DNA of 64,000 nucleotides from Dudresnaya verticillata (GCA_977862235.1 OZ374560.1:2170001-2234000); one strand, 5' to 3'. Shown: positions 35,596 to 46,820, counted from the first letter of the stretch. The notes: generated by a model not told the origin, from the sequence alone. Numbers and translations: made by a program.

Positions 35596-38500
35596 ATGTC
35601 CGATCGGCACGTAGATCAGCTCCGGCGATATTCGTTTCAGACAACCAATCCAACAGCAGAGCTGCAAGAACACGAAGCACTACGTCAGAGTCTCGTCGTC
35701 ACCTCCGCTCCCATTTGTCATGGGAGTAGTTCTACTTATGTCGAGGAGACTGCCTCTGTTGATAAGCAATCCAAACATTTGCCTAACAAGTTGTCAAGTA
35801 TTCATGCTGGGCTCAATCAAGTGAGTCGTTCCTGTTCTGCTTCTTCCGCAGCAAAAAGCTCAAACGCTGATATCTGGCCATTGCTGGAGGAGCATCGCGA
35901 GGAACAGGTCCACAAAATGATTCAAAACATTGGAGCATTGCGTCAGGCCCCAAGCTTCCCTCTTGTACCACCGCCGACGATGCTTGGGATTTTTGGTTTG
36001 CATCCTCACCATGACGTTTTGGCACAAAGCGAAACGCGCTTTCGGGCGCAAATCGGGCTATATCATACGCAATCTTGCACCAATTCTTCGATGCCTGACT
36101 CCTGCGGAGAATCTTCGGATATAAAAAGTGAAGGTGCAGAAGTGCTACGTCCCGCTGCTCGAAGAGGTTCCATAACGGCTAATAATACACATGGTGGCAT
36201 TGTTAAAAGTGCCACCGGGGTCATCGAAAAGATTGCGAACTTCCAAGAAGGCCTTGAGAAGTCCACTCCTAGCCAAAGGCAAGACCAGGAAATTCCACAG
36301 CTGAACGAAGTGAGTAGGGCGTTTCCACCGAGTGCAACGAACTACGAGCACGCCAACGGCAAGGAAGGTAAAGTTTGGGACGAAGATGGTTGGACTCTTG
36401 TGTCCAGAAACAAGCGAAAGATTCCGGTCACCAGTTCTCATCGCAAGGATTCAACAGACCTGGTTGCAGATACACGTTTAGTACGAAGGGACGTACAAAA
36501 TCTCACCAAATTCCAGCACCAAGTTCCCGAAACCGAGCAGACTTATGACAGGAAATTGTGTACAGTTGTTCGCAGTACGAAGCAAACCAAAAGCACGAAG
36601 ACTCAAAACTTAAACCAAAAGGCTGGCCAAGCGGAATTATATCCGAAGAAACGGCTGCCGGTCCGTTCAAGTGCTAAGAAAACTCTGGGAGGAAACGACA
36701 CGTTTTGCGAGACGAAAGCAGCCAAGGCCACAGGAGACAATTTTCAGAAAGGCAGTACGTGCCAAGAACAAACCAATTCTCGATGTGGGGTAAAGAAATA
36801 TCAAGGCCAGACGAAACCATTCCATGGAATAAGAAAGAATGCACAAGAGAAGAAGGTACCTTCTGTTCCTCACAAGGCCCTGCAGCTGGATGATGCAAGT
36901 TTCCCTCCCCTTCCTCAGAGCACAGCAGTAGCTATTTCTTCTGGAAGAGATGCACTCGCCCTACATGAAGATGACCATGTAGAAATTCCAGCTCCCTGTT
37001 CTTCAACTACCAACACTGCTCATGGTTCTAGTCGGTGTCAGCATCACGGTAGGAAGTACGTGAAGAGAGGAAGCCGGGGAAACAGGAAAGAGTTGAACGA
37101 CGCGACAAGTACAAAAGCACCCCATCCGTCACCCAATAATGGTAGCGATGCGACATGTATGTCACCCAATACTAGAGATACATCCTCAGTATCGGGGCAG
37201 GTTGAAGAGAGATCTCCACCTATTCTCAGCCTGAACGCCAGAATGACGAATGCTACTGAGAGACCTCATCAGAAGCGAGGCAAGAAGTTAAAGCACTCCA
37301 AAAGAAGAAAGAAGACTGCTTTGACAGTGAAGAAGGATACTTCTGGCAGTTTGACGGTGCCACTGCTGGATGACGCGTCGGGTACGAACGAGTGTGGTTC
37401 TCACCCCAATCATAGAATTGGTCATGAAACAGAAAATTCATTGGCCGGTGAATCAGATTTCTCTTCATTCATCCCAAGCTCCAGCTTTGCATCATCATCA
37501 TCATCATCATCAACAAACGTGATGTACACAGCGCTGCCATTTGATGAACAAAACTTTCCGTCGCTGCTTGAAGCGAACTCCAGATGTGCTGACGGTAAGG
37601 ACCCAGTCCAGCTGACGGAAAAGGACTGTTCCGTGCCAATTCAAGATTCTAAAATTGTGTCTGTTGATGTTACAGATGCAGTTCCGCGATTCGATTCATT
37701 TAACTTTCCTTCGCTCTTTGAATCCAACGCCAAATTTATTGACGACACAGACGCTGTCCTGATGACGGAAGAAGCTATCTTACTCGAAGAATGCCCCACA
37801 CCGATTCCAGAACCCAACATCGGGTCAGCCAAGGCTACTGGCACAGCTCCCCCACTAGATTCATTTAACTTTCCTTCACTCCTTGAATCCAACGCCAAAT
37901 GCATTGAGGACACAGATGCTGTTCTAATAGTGGAGGAGAAGGCCTTACTGCAAGGACGCTCTGCATCTTTTCCGGAACCCAAAATTGGGTCCGAAATCTC
38001 TATGGATACAGGTCTGCGGTCTCCGCATCTGCCACAAGGTGAAAACAAGCTTCCATTACTTCTCGAAGGGGTCTCAAACAGCACGGACAGCTCAGACAAA
38101 ACGCCGCAGTTGAAGAAAAGCTGCTCTCCGATGATTGCGACCTGCAACTCTGCAAAGGTCGAGAACGCCTATCGACCACTTCCCAATTCAGTTCATAAGA
38201 GCATGGGAGATGAGAACGTTGTTTCACTACTGGGAGAGGATAGCTCGTCCCCACCCGATCGCAATTCTGCCAGTACTCAAAATAGGTACGATACGGAGAC
38301 CCGTTTGCCGGTGTCGAGCGTCGACAGTAAGCCATTTCCCACACACAGACTGGAGAGGCTTGATAGTAGTGCCTTACCATTGGAAGATAGCTGCTCAATG
38401 ATGCTTTCGGATTCTCGGGCGAACTACAGGAAGGTGGAAGGTATGGAGAAAAAAGCGTCGATGCAAGAGTACAGCTCTCCGATACAGAGCGAATCCAATC

Positions 38501-40191
38501 GCAAAGGCATCAATCATGACACGGGCAAAAGCACGACTCAGCATGAGAACAATCCAGAATCTCTTATCCAGTCCCCTTCTCAACACCAGGATGACAAGTT
38601 CAAGATGGGGACAGGCCTACAACGGAATAAGAGTGGCTCGCAAGGAGTTACGGATTCCAGTGCTGAGAAGGAAGACATTGTAGGTGCAGATCTTCCGTCG
38701 GGTGCGAAAAACTCACTTTTACCTGTCGACGGAATCGCTACGAAGAAGAACAATGTCGATGTAGATCTTCCGCCGGATGGGAATAATTCACTTTTACCTG
38801 CCGACTCCAGTCTCGGGAAGGAGGAGAATTTGGATACAGATATGCCGCAGGGTGATAATAACTCGCTTTTGCCTGCGGACTCCAGAGCTGGGAAGAAAGA
38901 CATTGTGGGTCTAGATCTGGTGCTGAGTGAGAATAACTCAATTTTACCTCCCGATTCCACTGCTGGAAAGAAGAAGTTCGTGGGTCCAAACCAGCTGCAG
39001 GGAGAGAACACCTCGCTTTTACCGACCGATTCAAGTATTGGGAAGAACAGTAATGTTGGTGCAGATCTTCCACCAGGTGAGAATATCTCACTTTTACCTG
39101 CCGATTCCACTGCTGTGAAGAAGGAGAGTGTGGGTGCAGATCTTTCGTCGCGTGAGAATAACTCGCTTTTACATGCCGATTCCACTGCTGGGGAGAAGGA
39201 GAGTTTGGGTGCAGATCATCCGCCGGGTGATAATAACTTGCCTTTACCTGCCGACTCAAGTGCTGGAAAAGAGTGTGTAGATGCAGGTCTTCAGCCGGGT
39301 GATAATACCTCACAGTTACCTTCCGATTCCAGTGCTGAGGAGAAGGACAGTGCGGGTGCAGATCTTCCGCCACGTGAGAATGGCTCACTTTTACCAGCCG
39401 ATTCCACTGCTGTGAAGACAGAGAGTGCGGATGCAGATCTTCCGCCAGGTGAGAATAGCTCACATTTGCCTGCCGATTGCACTGCTGGGGAGAAGGAGAC
39501 TGTGGGTACAGATCTTCCGCCGGGTGAGGGTAACTCGCTTTTACCTGCTGACGCAAGTGCTGGAAAGGAGAGTGTAGGTGCAGATCTGCCGCTGGGTGAG
39601 AGTGGCTCACATTTACTTGGCGATTCCAGTTTTGGGAAGGAGGAGAGTGTTGTGGGTACAGATCTTCAGCCGGGTGAGAATGACTCGCATTTACCTGCCG
39701 ATTCCAGTGTTGGGGAGAAGGAAAGTGCGGGTACAGATCTACAATGGGGTGAGAATAACTCACGTTTAGTTTCCAATTCCACTACTGGAAAGAAGAAGAT
39801 CGTGGGCGTAGATGAGCTGCTGGGAGAGAACACCTCGCTTCTTTCGGCCGACTCAAGTTCCTGGAAGAACAACAATGTGGGTGCAGGTCTTCCGCCAGGT
39901 AAGAATATCTCACTTTTACCCGCCAATTCCACTGCTATGAAGAAGGAGAGTGCGGGTACAGATCTTCCGTCGGGTGAGAATAACTCGCTTTTACCTGCCG
40001 ACTCAAGTGCTGGAAAGGAGAGTGTTGATACAGATGTACAGTCGGGAGAGTGTGACGCGCCATTGGTTACCGATCACTGGGCTGGGAAGAAAGGTAGCAG
40101 TTGTACAATACCATCGTTGGATGCAGAAGAAGCTCTGGTAGCCACTGAATTTAGATCTTACGAGAAGAAGGATATGGATTCAGAGCTCTAG
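35596..40191 (+). CDS. Large low-complexity protein (~1531 aa), likely disordered, with FPxL motifs and C-terminal 24-aa tandem repeats; function unknown
   Basis: The ORF is 4.6 kb and uninterrupted, with its first ATG at 35596. It is S/E/K/D-rich and I recognise no folded domain. Confidence 0.75.
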   Translation: MSDRHVDQLRRYSFQTTNPTAELQEHEALRQSLVVTSAPICHGSSSTYVEETASVDKQSKHLPNKLSSIHAGLNQVSRSCSASSAAKSSNADIWPLLEEHREEQVHKMIQNIGALRQAPSFPLVPPPTMLGIFGLHPHHDVLAQSETRFRAQIGLYHTQSCTNSSMPDSCGESSDIKSEGAEVLRPAARRGSITANNTHGGIVKSATGVIEKIANFQEGLEKSTPSQRQDQEIPQLNEVSRAFPPSATNYEHANGKEGKVWDEDGWTLVSRNKRKIPVTSSHRKDSTDLVADTRLVRRDVQNLTKFQHQVPETEQTYDRKLCTVVRSTKQTKSTKTQNLNQKAGQAELYPKKRLPVRSSAKKTLGGNDTFCETKAAKATGDNFQKGSTCQEQTNSRCGVKKYQGQTKPFHGIRKNAQEKKVPSVPHKALQLDDASFPPLPQSTAVAISSGRDALALHEDDHVEIPAPCSSTTNTAHGSSRCQHHGRKYVKRGSRGNRKELNDATSTKAPHPSPNNGSDATCMSPNTRDTSSVSGQVEERSPPILSLNARMTNATERPHQKRGKKLKHSKRRKKTALTVKKDTSGSLTVPLLDDASGTNECGSHPNHRIGHETENSLAGESDFSSFIPSSSFASSSSSSSTNVMYTALPFDEQNFPSLLEANSRCADGKDPVQLTEKDCSVPIQDSKIVSVDVTDAVPRFDSFNFPSLFESNAKFIDDTDAVLMTEEAILLEECPTPIPEPNIGSAKATGTAPPLDSFNFPSLLESNAKCIEDTDAVLIVEEKALLQGRSASFPEPKIGSEISMDTGLRSPHLPQGENKLPLLLEGVSNSTDSSDKTPQLKKSCSPMIATCNSAKVENAYRPLPNSVHKSMGDENVVSLLGEDSSSPPDRNSASTQNRYDTETRLPVSSVDSKPFPTHRLERLDSSALPLEDSCSMMLSDSRANYRKVEGMEKKASMQEYSSPIQSESNRKGINHDTGKSTTQHENNPESLIQSPSQHQDDKFKMGTGLQRNKSGSQGVTDSSAEKEDIVGADLPSGAKNSLLPVDGIATKKNNVDVDLPPDGNNSLLPADSSLGKEENLDTDMPQGDNNSLLPADSRAGKKDIVGLDLVLSENNSILPPDSTAGKKKFVGPNQLQGENTSLLPTDSSIGKNSNVGADLPPGENISLLPADSTAVKKESVGADLSSRENNSLLHADSTAGEKESLGADHPPGDNNLPLPADSSAGKECVDAGLQPGDNTSQLPSDSSAEEKDSAGADLPPRENGSLLPADSTAVKTESADADLPPGENSSHLPADCTAGEKETVGTDLPPGEGNSLLPADASAGKESVGADLPLGESGSHLLGDSSFGKEESVVGTDLQPGENDSHLPADSSVGEKESAGTDLQWGENNSRLVSNSTTGKKKIVGVDELLGENTSLLSADSSSWKNNNVGAGLPPGKNISLLPANSTAMKKESAGTDLPSGENNSLLPADSSAGKESVDTDVQSGECDAPLVTDHWAGKKGSSCTIPSLDAEEALVATEFRSYEKKDMDSEL
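38650..40060 (+). repeat. ~72-bp (23-25 aa) coding minisatellite, ~19-20 units, consensus GADLPPGENNSLLPADSSAGKKESV
   Basis: GCAGATCTTCCGCCGGGTGAGAATAACTC...CCTGCCGATTCCA recurs throughout. Confidence 0.92.
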
Positions 40192-40599
40192 GAAAAAGGG
40201 TTCCTGGTGAGGAATTCCAGCCCCTGATTATGCGTTGGATGGAGGGAGCTCTTTCCAAGTATCTCAGCTGCACGATGTACAGGTGATTGATGGAAAACCA
40301 GTTCTGTCCCAGATTTAATGCAATTCCCAACGTCGACCACTTCCTGAAGCAAGCCCTGAACATATGTTCAATACTGACGGAGGTTTGTTGAAAGACGAAT
40401 GCTCTGCAAAGGGCCCAGAGTCCTTTCACAGAATTTTCAAGGATAGGTCGCCATTATCCAAGGCCATTTCTGACGGCAATGATGATACGAAAGAAGCTAT
40501 GAAGATGGATGCTTCAAGACAGAAGAAGGTCTGGATAGGCACAGACCTTCCTCTAGAAGTGAATTGCTCTCCGGTAACTCCTATATAAAGCGCAATATT

Positions 40600-40880
40600 C
40601 CAGCCCTAGAAGGGGACGGCTCTTGAATTTCTTTGCCGAAGCTTCTAGAATAGATTGGGCCTCCCAAATGCAATGCCGCCGGTGCGGGGAAATCGTTCTG
40701 TCGATCCCTTCTGAGTTGCAACCGTGAAGCCTCAATAGACATGCTTGTAGAATTTGTGGCGTTCTCGGGGGTGACAGAGCGCATATGGACTGTACTGAAC
40801 AGGATGCATAGGCTGATGACGCCGAGGCAAATACACTCTAAAGCATGTCCAGTAACATTTATTAATCACACAAACCACAC
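40600..40880 (+). mobile_element. Short LINE-like 3' remnant
   Basis: AGGCTGATGACGCCGAGGCAAATACACTCTAAA at 40810-40842 matches the 3' end of the 33753/46976 family. The 5' boundary is uncertain. Confidence 0.55.
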
Positions 40881-42668
40881 AAGCACGTGAAACACTTGGC
40901 TTATTTGTGCGAGAGCGAGAGCGAAGAGAGACTACAACTGAAGGTTGCAGTCGCGGCTGGTGAAACCCGGAGCTTAGAGTTTAAACATTTTATTGTTGAA
41001 CGGATTTAGGTAGTTGGAAAGTTGGCAAAGAGCATTGAGAAGGTCTTCAACATACTTGCAATTGACTCTTCGTTTTGGTCCTCGTGAATCAAACTCGGAT
41101 ATTAAATCTGGAGCTGCGATGAAACCATTGCCTCTCTACAGTATATTCCGTGGTGCTTGCGGTCGCTTTTTCCCGTCTATTCAGTCCCCACTCTCTCGTT
41201 TGCTTTTCTACAAGATCTGCAACTTCACCTGGTTCACGCTCAACAGCTGAGCGTATGTAGTATCGTTCCGCGTCCTAATAGGCTTTATCCAGCAACTGTT
41301 TTAGGCAACATTTGTCCAATTGTTCAGGTTCACTGGCTAGCATCAAGGCAAGGCTTGGAGCGGTACATCGTGCGCGACGAACTCCGAGCACATCACTGTC
41401 AAGTTGAGAAGGCCAGGAAGTCTGGAGAACAAAAGTAACAAGCGGCAGGGGAGTGATGCTGCTTTCATAGGTGAAAGTGATGAGTGTTCAAGGAGACAGA
41501 AATGAATATCGCGAATCCTCCGGAGCTCAAACCCGCAGCTGACACATTTTAAGAGTATCTCTCTCTACCTTCAGACGTTCTTGGAAAGCCTTGTAGGCTT
41601 TATTTTGCTGCGCGTTTGTGAGACGCACGGCTTCAGAGCAACCGGCATTACGGGGATGATTAGAATATAGGATAGTGCAGCAGTTTGAAGAGAGATGAAT
41701 CTTTTTTCGCGAAGGTAAAGAAAGAGAAAACCCATAATGGGGCGGGACTTCCACAGATCTGCAGTGTACTGTTGCCAACTGTACTGTACTGAACAATACG
41801 CACTGTACGAAGGCCCACTAAACATTAAAACTAAACACTACGAATACTCCATTGCGGTTGGTGCGCAGCACTGTAGCACAGCAATGCAGACGTGGCCACG
41901 TCATTAGCGTGGCACACCGCCAGCAATGCGCCCCATGGGCCCTCGACGATTCCGCTTCGGCACGAATAGACAAACTGTCCATGCCGGGCCACAAAAAGGG
42001 ACCTGCTGCCCAGCAGATCAATTTAGAGGTGTAAACGCTGTCAACGCTGTCGTTGTTGTCTGTGCTGTGGTGCGTGCGTATACGCTGTCAACGCTGTCGT
42101 TGTTGTCAGTGCTGTTGCACGTGGGATATCGGGGTCTGAAAAACATGAATGTTTCATAAATATTGCGCATACAAGTGTACACGTTGAAAATCTCACTTTG
42201 ACAACGCACTCTAGCTCAAGCTAGAGAAGTGTGTCCTCATCGGTACGCGGACAGTTTTAAAGCTTGACGGCGTGTGGCACTAACTGCAGGCACGCCCTAC
42301 CCTGCGCCCCCCGTGCTCGTCCCGGTCCAGTTCTGTTTGTACCGGGTCTGGTCTGTTGTGATTGTCTAACGCTCCGGCAGCGAGGGTTGGTCACGTAATG
42401 GATGTGATGCCCTCGTGGTGCTTTAACGTACAGCACAATCCCATCACCACCCATGAAACCATCTTCTCTGCGTAAAGATCATGCTGGTGCCTCAAGTACC
42501 CCGTGGCTTTCCGAACCCTGGAACGCGGAACTCGGAAGAATGGAGTTGACACCGGGAAAGTAGCTGTGCTTGCTGCTTCCATCCGTTTATTACACTCAAC
42601 ATAACCGCACAACCGTTGCCCTTCCCTTGATTCCTCCCAAACGATAGTCGCTTTATTCGCCGGAGATA

Positions 42669-44465
42669 TTAGCCGGAGCTGTCGTCTTCTTGTCCTTCTT
42701 CTCTCCGCAATTTCCAAATGCGTGGCTGTATTGGGCGAATTCGCTCAATGGGTTGGCCCAGACCTTCATCCAACGCTTCTATCCCAGCTTGGCTGCCTCG
42801 ATCCAAGTTCGTTGAAAAACTTTCGGACTGCAGTATCAACTCCTGTAGATTTGTGTTGTGTTTCGCCACGGAAGCCTTGATGCCGTTAAACAGCAGAGAG
42901 AGGTGATTGGACGTTAATGGTTCTCTGTCGCCTTTGTCAAACGACAGCTCGAGTACTCTTGCCCGCTTCCCCAACGCTTTGAGGATGGTACAAAAAATCT
43001 TAGTCAATTCCTCAACTCCAAACCATTTGTCCCACCAGGCTCCTTGGAAACGTCCTCCGGGCATACATCGCATTGTGAAGTCCCTTAGCGCCCCGGACGA
43101 AACATTTATGGCCTCAATCAAAAGCCGCCAGGCTTGTCTCGCTACCTGCTCGGAAACCTCAACATTATCAACAATCAGACTGTCCCTTCTGTCCCCCGGA
43201 TAATAATTCCGGGGCAAGTCAGATAGCGCCACATCGAGCTTGCGTATTCTTCTGCACTTTCGCATTACACTCACCAACTCTTGAAGATAACGAGGTGAAA
43301 CTTGCACGGCGAGTCGGCGCAACTCCTGGGCGTGGTTGCCAAGGGCAGTACTCAGCTGCGGGATCAGTGGCACCTTGTGCTCAAAAGTAAGGAGCCTCCG
43401 CCCCGCGAGCCTCATTACCGCAAGCCAATTAGACACTTTCACTAAATCTCTCTCATACCATTGAAGCTGGAACCTGTCCCACGTCCAGATGTGTAGCTCC
43501 TGTAGGTTTGGGCACGCGGAGAATAGCATTTCCAGACTATGGTCATCAAGAGCAATTCCATGCCAATGCAGTGCCTTCAGTTGCGGCATTTTCTCGAGGA
43601 ATTTCTTGGTACCACATAGCAACATTGGATCGTATCTGAGGGAGTCAGTAGTTATGCGTAGCCTTTGCACACCTTCCAAGACAGGAAATGTGCGAAGTAC
43701 TCCTATGGCCTCCACGGTGAGAACCTTCTCTCCTTCTATCCGGATCTCGCGAACTGTCTTCTGGCTCTCCAGGGCACACAAAAAGTCGATGAAGTCTACG
43801 TCACCATATCTAATATGACACTTGACAGCAACGACCTCCAAACACGGCATCTTGAGGCAGCTGATTGCTCTGGTGCAAGCAGTATCAGCGTTAAGAGCAA
43901 GCTGTTGTATGTGCGGTGCGTTGCGTTCGAATGCACGAAACAAAACCTGTTCTATCCTCCTTCTCATATCTTGTGGCACGGCCCAAAGCGGAAGGCCCTG
44001 GACATCGAGCACTTTCAAACGCATCATTCGCCGTCCAAGTGCGTTGAGGACCCGCCCGGCCTGCAAACATTCCTTCCTGTTTCTCTCTGGATATGAAGAG
44101 AACGAGGACTCGATGAGAGCTGGCCCGTAAGTTCTGTACATGGGTTCTTCGCTCATGCTGACGAGTGACACGCCAGAGACATGCGACCCTAAGACCTGTA
44201 GACACTCGAATAGACTTTGGAAGCCTATGCGCCGAGAAAGCTGAAACCTAACGTGAGGCGCCCCAAGTGCTGCAAACACTATCTCGGCCAGCACGGGGTG
44301 CACTTGGGCGACCACAAGCAAGTCATGCGGAGGATTGAAGTCAGACTGCCGAACCGTTGTTAGTGTTAGGGGACCTTCTGACGGGCGCGGGAGCCTGTCG
44401 ATTCTTGAGACAATCTCCAAAAGAGACTCTCTCCGGAGGTCCGTGAGTTTCAGGTGAGGAGGCAT
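42669..44465 (-). CDS. F-box-like / RNI-like leucine-rich repeat protein (598 aa)
   Basis: The first ATG gives MPPHLKLTDLRRESLLEIVSRI, which is F-box-like. LRR-type motifs include RLKVLDV, MPQLKALHW, ACPNLQELHI, RKCRRIRKLDV and TNLQELIL. The ORF is intact and single-exon. Confidence 0.8.
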   Translation of the reverse strand: MPPHLKLTDLRRESLLEIVSRIDRLPRPSEGPLTLTTVRQSDFNPPHDLLVVAQVHPVLAEIVFAALGAPHVRFQLSRRIGFQSLFECLQVLGSHVSGVSLVSMSEEPMYRTYGPALIESSFSSYPERNRKECLQAGRVLNALGRRMMRLKVLDVQGLPLWAVPQDMRRRIEQVLFRAFERNAPHIQQLALNADTACTRAISCLKMPCLEVVAVKCHIRYGDVDFIDFLCALESQKTVREIRIEGEKVLTVEAIGVLRTFPVLEGVQRLRITTDSLRYDPMLLCGTKKFLEKMPQLKALHWHGIALDDHSLEMLFSACPNLQELHIWTWDRFQLQWYERDLVKVSNWLAVMRLAGRRLLTFEHKVPLIPQLSTALGNHAQELRRLAVQVSPRYLQELVSVMRKCRRIRKLDVALSDLPRNYYPGDRRDSLIVDNVEVSEQVARQAWRLLIEAINVSSGALRDFTMRCMPGGRFQGAWWDKWFGVEELTKIFCTILKALGKRARVLELSFDKGDREPLTSNHLSLLFNGIKASVAKHNTNLQELILQSESFSTNLDRGSQAGIEALDEGLGQPIERIRPIQPRIWKLRREEGQEDDSSG

Positions 44466-45569
44466 GATCGGTTGAGTCCGTGGTTGCGGGCGCGGCGGAG
44501 GGGGCAGAGGGTATACCGCGGTGGCGTGGCGGTAGTGGTGACGGGCTTGGGTAAGGAGCACAGGTCTGAGCGCTCCGCGGGGTTCAAGTACAGCAGGATT
44601 GGGCGGGAAGTCCTGCTGATCACAACTCTGTCTTGGTCGCCGATAAACCAAAATTTCAAAAATCGTACCGACGACTCTTGTTCGGGCAGCGGCCGACGTA
44701 TTGGGAGAAAGTTGGGGGTTCCATGAATTGGGAGATGGTTGGAGGTTTCCATTGATTCAATGACTGTAATTTACTGCACGCACAGTTACTCTGTAACGGA
44801 CGTTCATCTCACTGTCTATACCAAGCGGTATGTGCGCCATCCGTCGTTTGCCATTAGCCGCCGTAGGCGTATCCTCTCTCTACTGTACGGCCCTGCACGG
44901 TACCCTCCGGGGTGAATTAGCGCCTCTCTTCAGCTTCTTCTTCAGCTTCTGCATATTAAATGTTCCCTCTCTCTCTAAAGTTAATATCTCCAGCTCGCGG
45001 ACCACCGGTCAAGGTAGAGATACCTGCAATCTGACAGTTGCAGGTTTGGGCTCTGAGAGAGTCGTACTAATTCATTTTTGTCTCTTTGAACTCTCCTTGG
45101 ACACTGGCCACCTATGTATGCACCGTTGCACCGCTGCGCCTAGTTAGTTCTGTTCTGAGTTCCTGGCCTTCTCAACTTTACAGTGATTTACTCGCAATCC
45201 GCCGTACCGCTCGAAGCCTTGTCTTGGTGTTAAGAATTGAAGCTGGAGAGTTGAAGAATGACTCCTCGAAACTTTATAAATATATTTACTGGAAGGCCAG
45301 GAGAGGAAGGTCCCGACGACCAAATACAAGGCACGAGTACGGGGCAATTGCTGGCTTGTTGGGGACACGCCGGTACTCAACGCCCTTTGCCACTCTTTCC
45401 AATCCCTAATAGGGCATTAGCATTTAATCTCGAACCTCTTCTGCTTTCAACCCAGTCGCAGCTGCGAGTTGCAGTTGCTATTTGACGCACAACGCATGCA
45501 TCTCGATTTCCTGTGGTGTTATATTCTATTTGTTGTTTAACGTGGTCCTGTGTAGGCGACTTTGGCCCC

Positions 45570-46187
45570 TGTGCCCAACCTGCACTTCGCCTCGCTTTTT
45601 CGTCGCTCAATATGGTGCTGCTAGAGTGAATCTCCTCTGCCACTGCACTCCCTCTGGATTTCTCTCGCTTCGGCGGCTCACGTCTCGTGTTCTCGTTTCG
45701 TAACTTTCCAGAATTACGTGGCTTCTTCTGGCCCGGGCGCGAGACGTAATGCGATGTTCCTCTTCCACAGTCATCATTCCGGCTCCAGTCCATTGCACTC
45801 CGCTGTAACCCGTCCGCCGCCATCGTGAGACGTTTCTCTAACACAGCAGGGTTATCATGATGTCTTGTTCGTTCTGCTACACAGTGGCCAAGACGTTTTC
45901 TATAGCCGCGGAAATGTGGAGTATTTTGTGAAGGTTGTCTTACTAGACTGTTTTCGTTTCCAAAAGCTTCAAGATTCTTTTCTTGTCTGCGTGGGTAAGC
46001 ACTTATTCTGAAGCTGAAGGGGTTTGGAGAATGTAAATCTGGACAAAGATATGAGGAGCATGGTGGCAAGTGCGAAAAATGCTACTCTGGGCCATACCAG
46101 GCTTTTCCGGGAGTTGAAGAACACTGCAAGTACTGCGCTGATGGCACGGTCAGCAATAAGAAGAGGGCGGCCTGCACCCCAGAGTAG
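45570..46187 (+). pseudogene. Decayed Cys-rich GCC2/GCC3 (ephrin-receptor-like) repeat gene fragment
   Basis: The frame ending at 46187 reads ...FSNTAGLS*CL...FCEGCLTRLFSFPKASRFFSCLRG*...GECKSGQRYEEHGGKCEKCYSGPYQAFPGVEEHCKYCADGTVSNKKRAACTPE*. This resembles CxxCPxGTYQxxxGxxxCxxCPxGTxS. In-frame stops are present. Confidence 0.55.
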
Positions 46188-46254
46188 ATAGATACCTAGA
46201 TACCTGTGTTTCGACCTAGTACAGTATTGTTGCAGTGATAGTAAACATTTGCGG

Positions 46255-46680
46255 ATTGCATAGGGTGGTCCGGCAAAGGGAACTAAGTATTGACCTTATT
46301 CATCAGGGAAGTATAGGGCCATTAATAAGTAGCGGTTGAGGACCTTACGATGGTTGACAGCGACTGCTACGTACTGAAGCACTAAGGAGGTGAGAAGAGT
46401 TTGAGGAGGGAATGTTTTTGTCTGCAGAAGGGGAAGTGCCCTTCGTCACAGAGAGGCAGTTTGCGATGCATAGTGCAGGACCAACGGCACCGTAGATGTG
46501 CACAAGCATGGGATGAAGCTCGAAATCCACTAATAGCTTCTTCACCGTCAATCCGATACCGCCCGTGCAGAAGGAAGTCTGCAGCTCTGAAAAGCAATAC
46601 TCTAAACGGATAGAGAGATGCAATTATTTTCAAAGATAATGGGGTGCCGATGCAAAAGGGATACAGCACGTGCATAGAAT
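46255..46680 (-). mobile_element. Possible old LINE-like 3' remnant upstream of the tRNA
   Basis: A degenerate 3' motif (GGTGGTCC on +) sits at ~46264. The peptide FELHPMLVHIYG resembles ELDLHPMVMDIY (1906..2118) and SHKLGRIYG (~57740). Confidence 0.35.
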
Positions 46681-46722
46681 GACGAGGATAAAATAAAGCC
46701 CAGGGGCCTTCGTTTTCAGAAA

Positions 46723-46807
46723 GGGTCTATGGCGCAGTGGTCTGCTGACGCTCGAGCGCGTCCGTTTTGCATACGGAAGGTCGGGGGTTCAATCCCCCCT
46801 AGATCCA
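46723..46807 (+). tRNA. trnA-UGC: tRNA-Ala(UGC) with a 13-nt non-canonical intron in the D-loop (46742-46754, position 20/21)
   Basis: Acceptor stem GGGTCTA/TAGATCC with G3:U70 and discriminator A73. D stem GCGC/GCGC. Anticodon arm TCCGT-TTTGCAT-ACGGA. T arm GGGGG-TTCAATC-CCCCC. Removing CTGCTGACGCTCG restores the D-loop AGTGGTA. Confidence 0.95.
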
Positions 46808-46820
46808 CAGAGAATTGCTC

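Noticed and set aside
42035..42230. 26-bp direct repeat (42035, 42082) and CTCTAGC-TCAA-GCTAGAG hairpin as a MITE or Helitron end
   Set aside because: I found no matching terminus, TSD or second copy in the window.
44466..44651. N-terminal extension of the 660-aa LRR ORF
   Set aside because: It has a non-ATG start, and the F-box-like motif begins right after the ATG at 44465.
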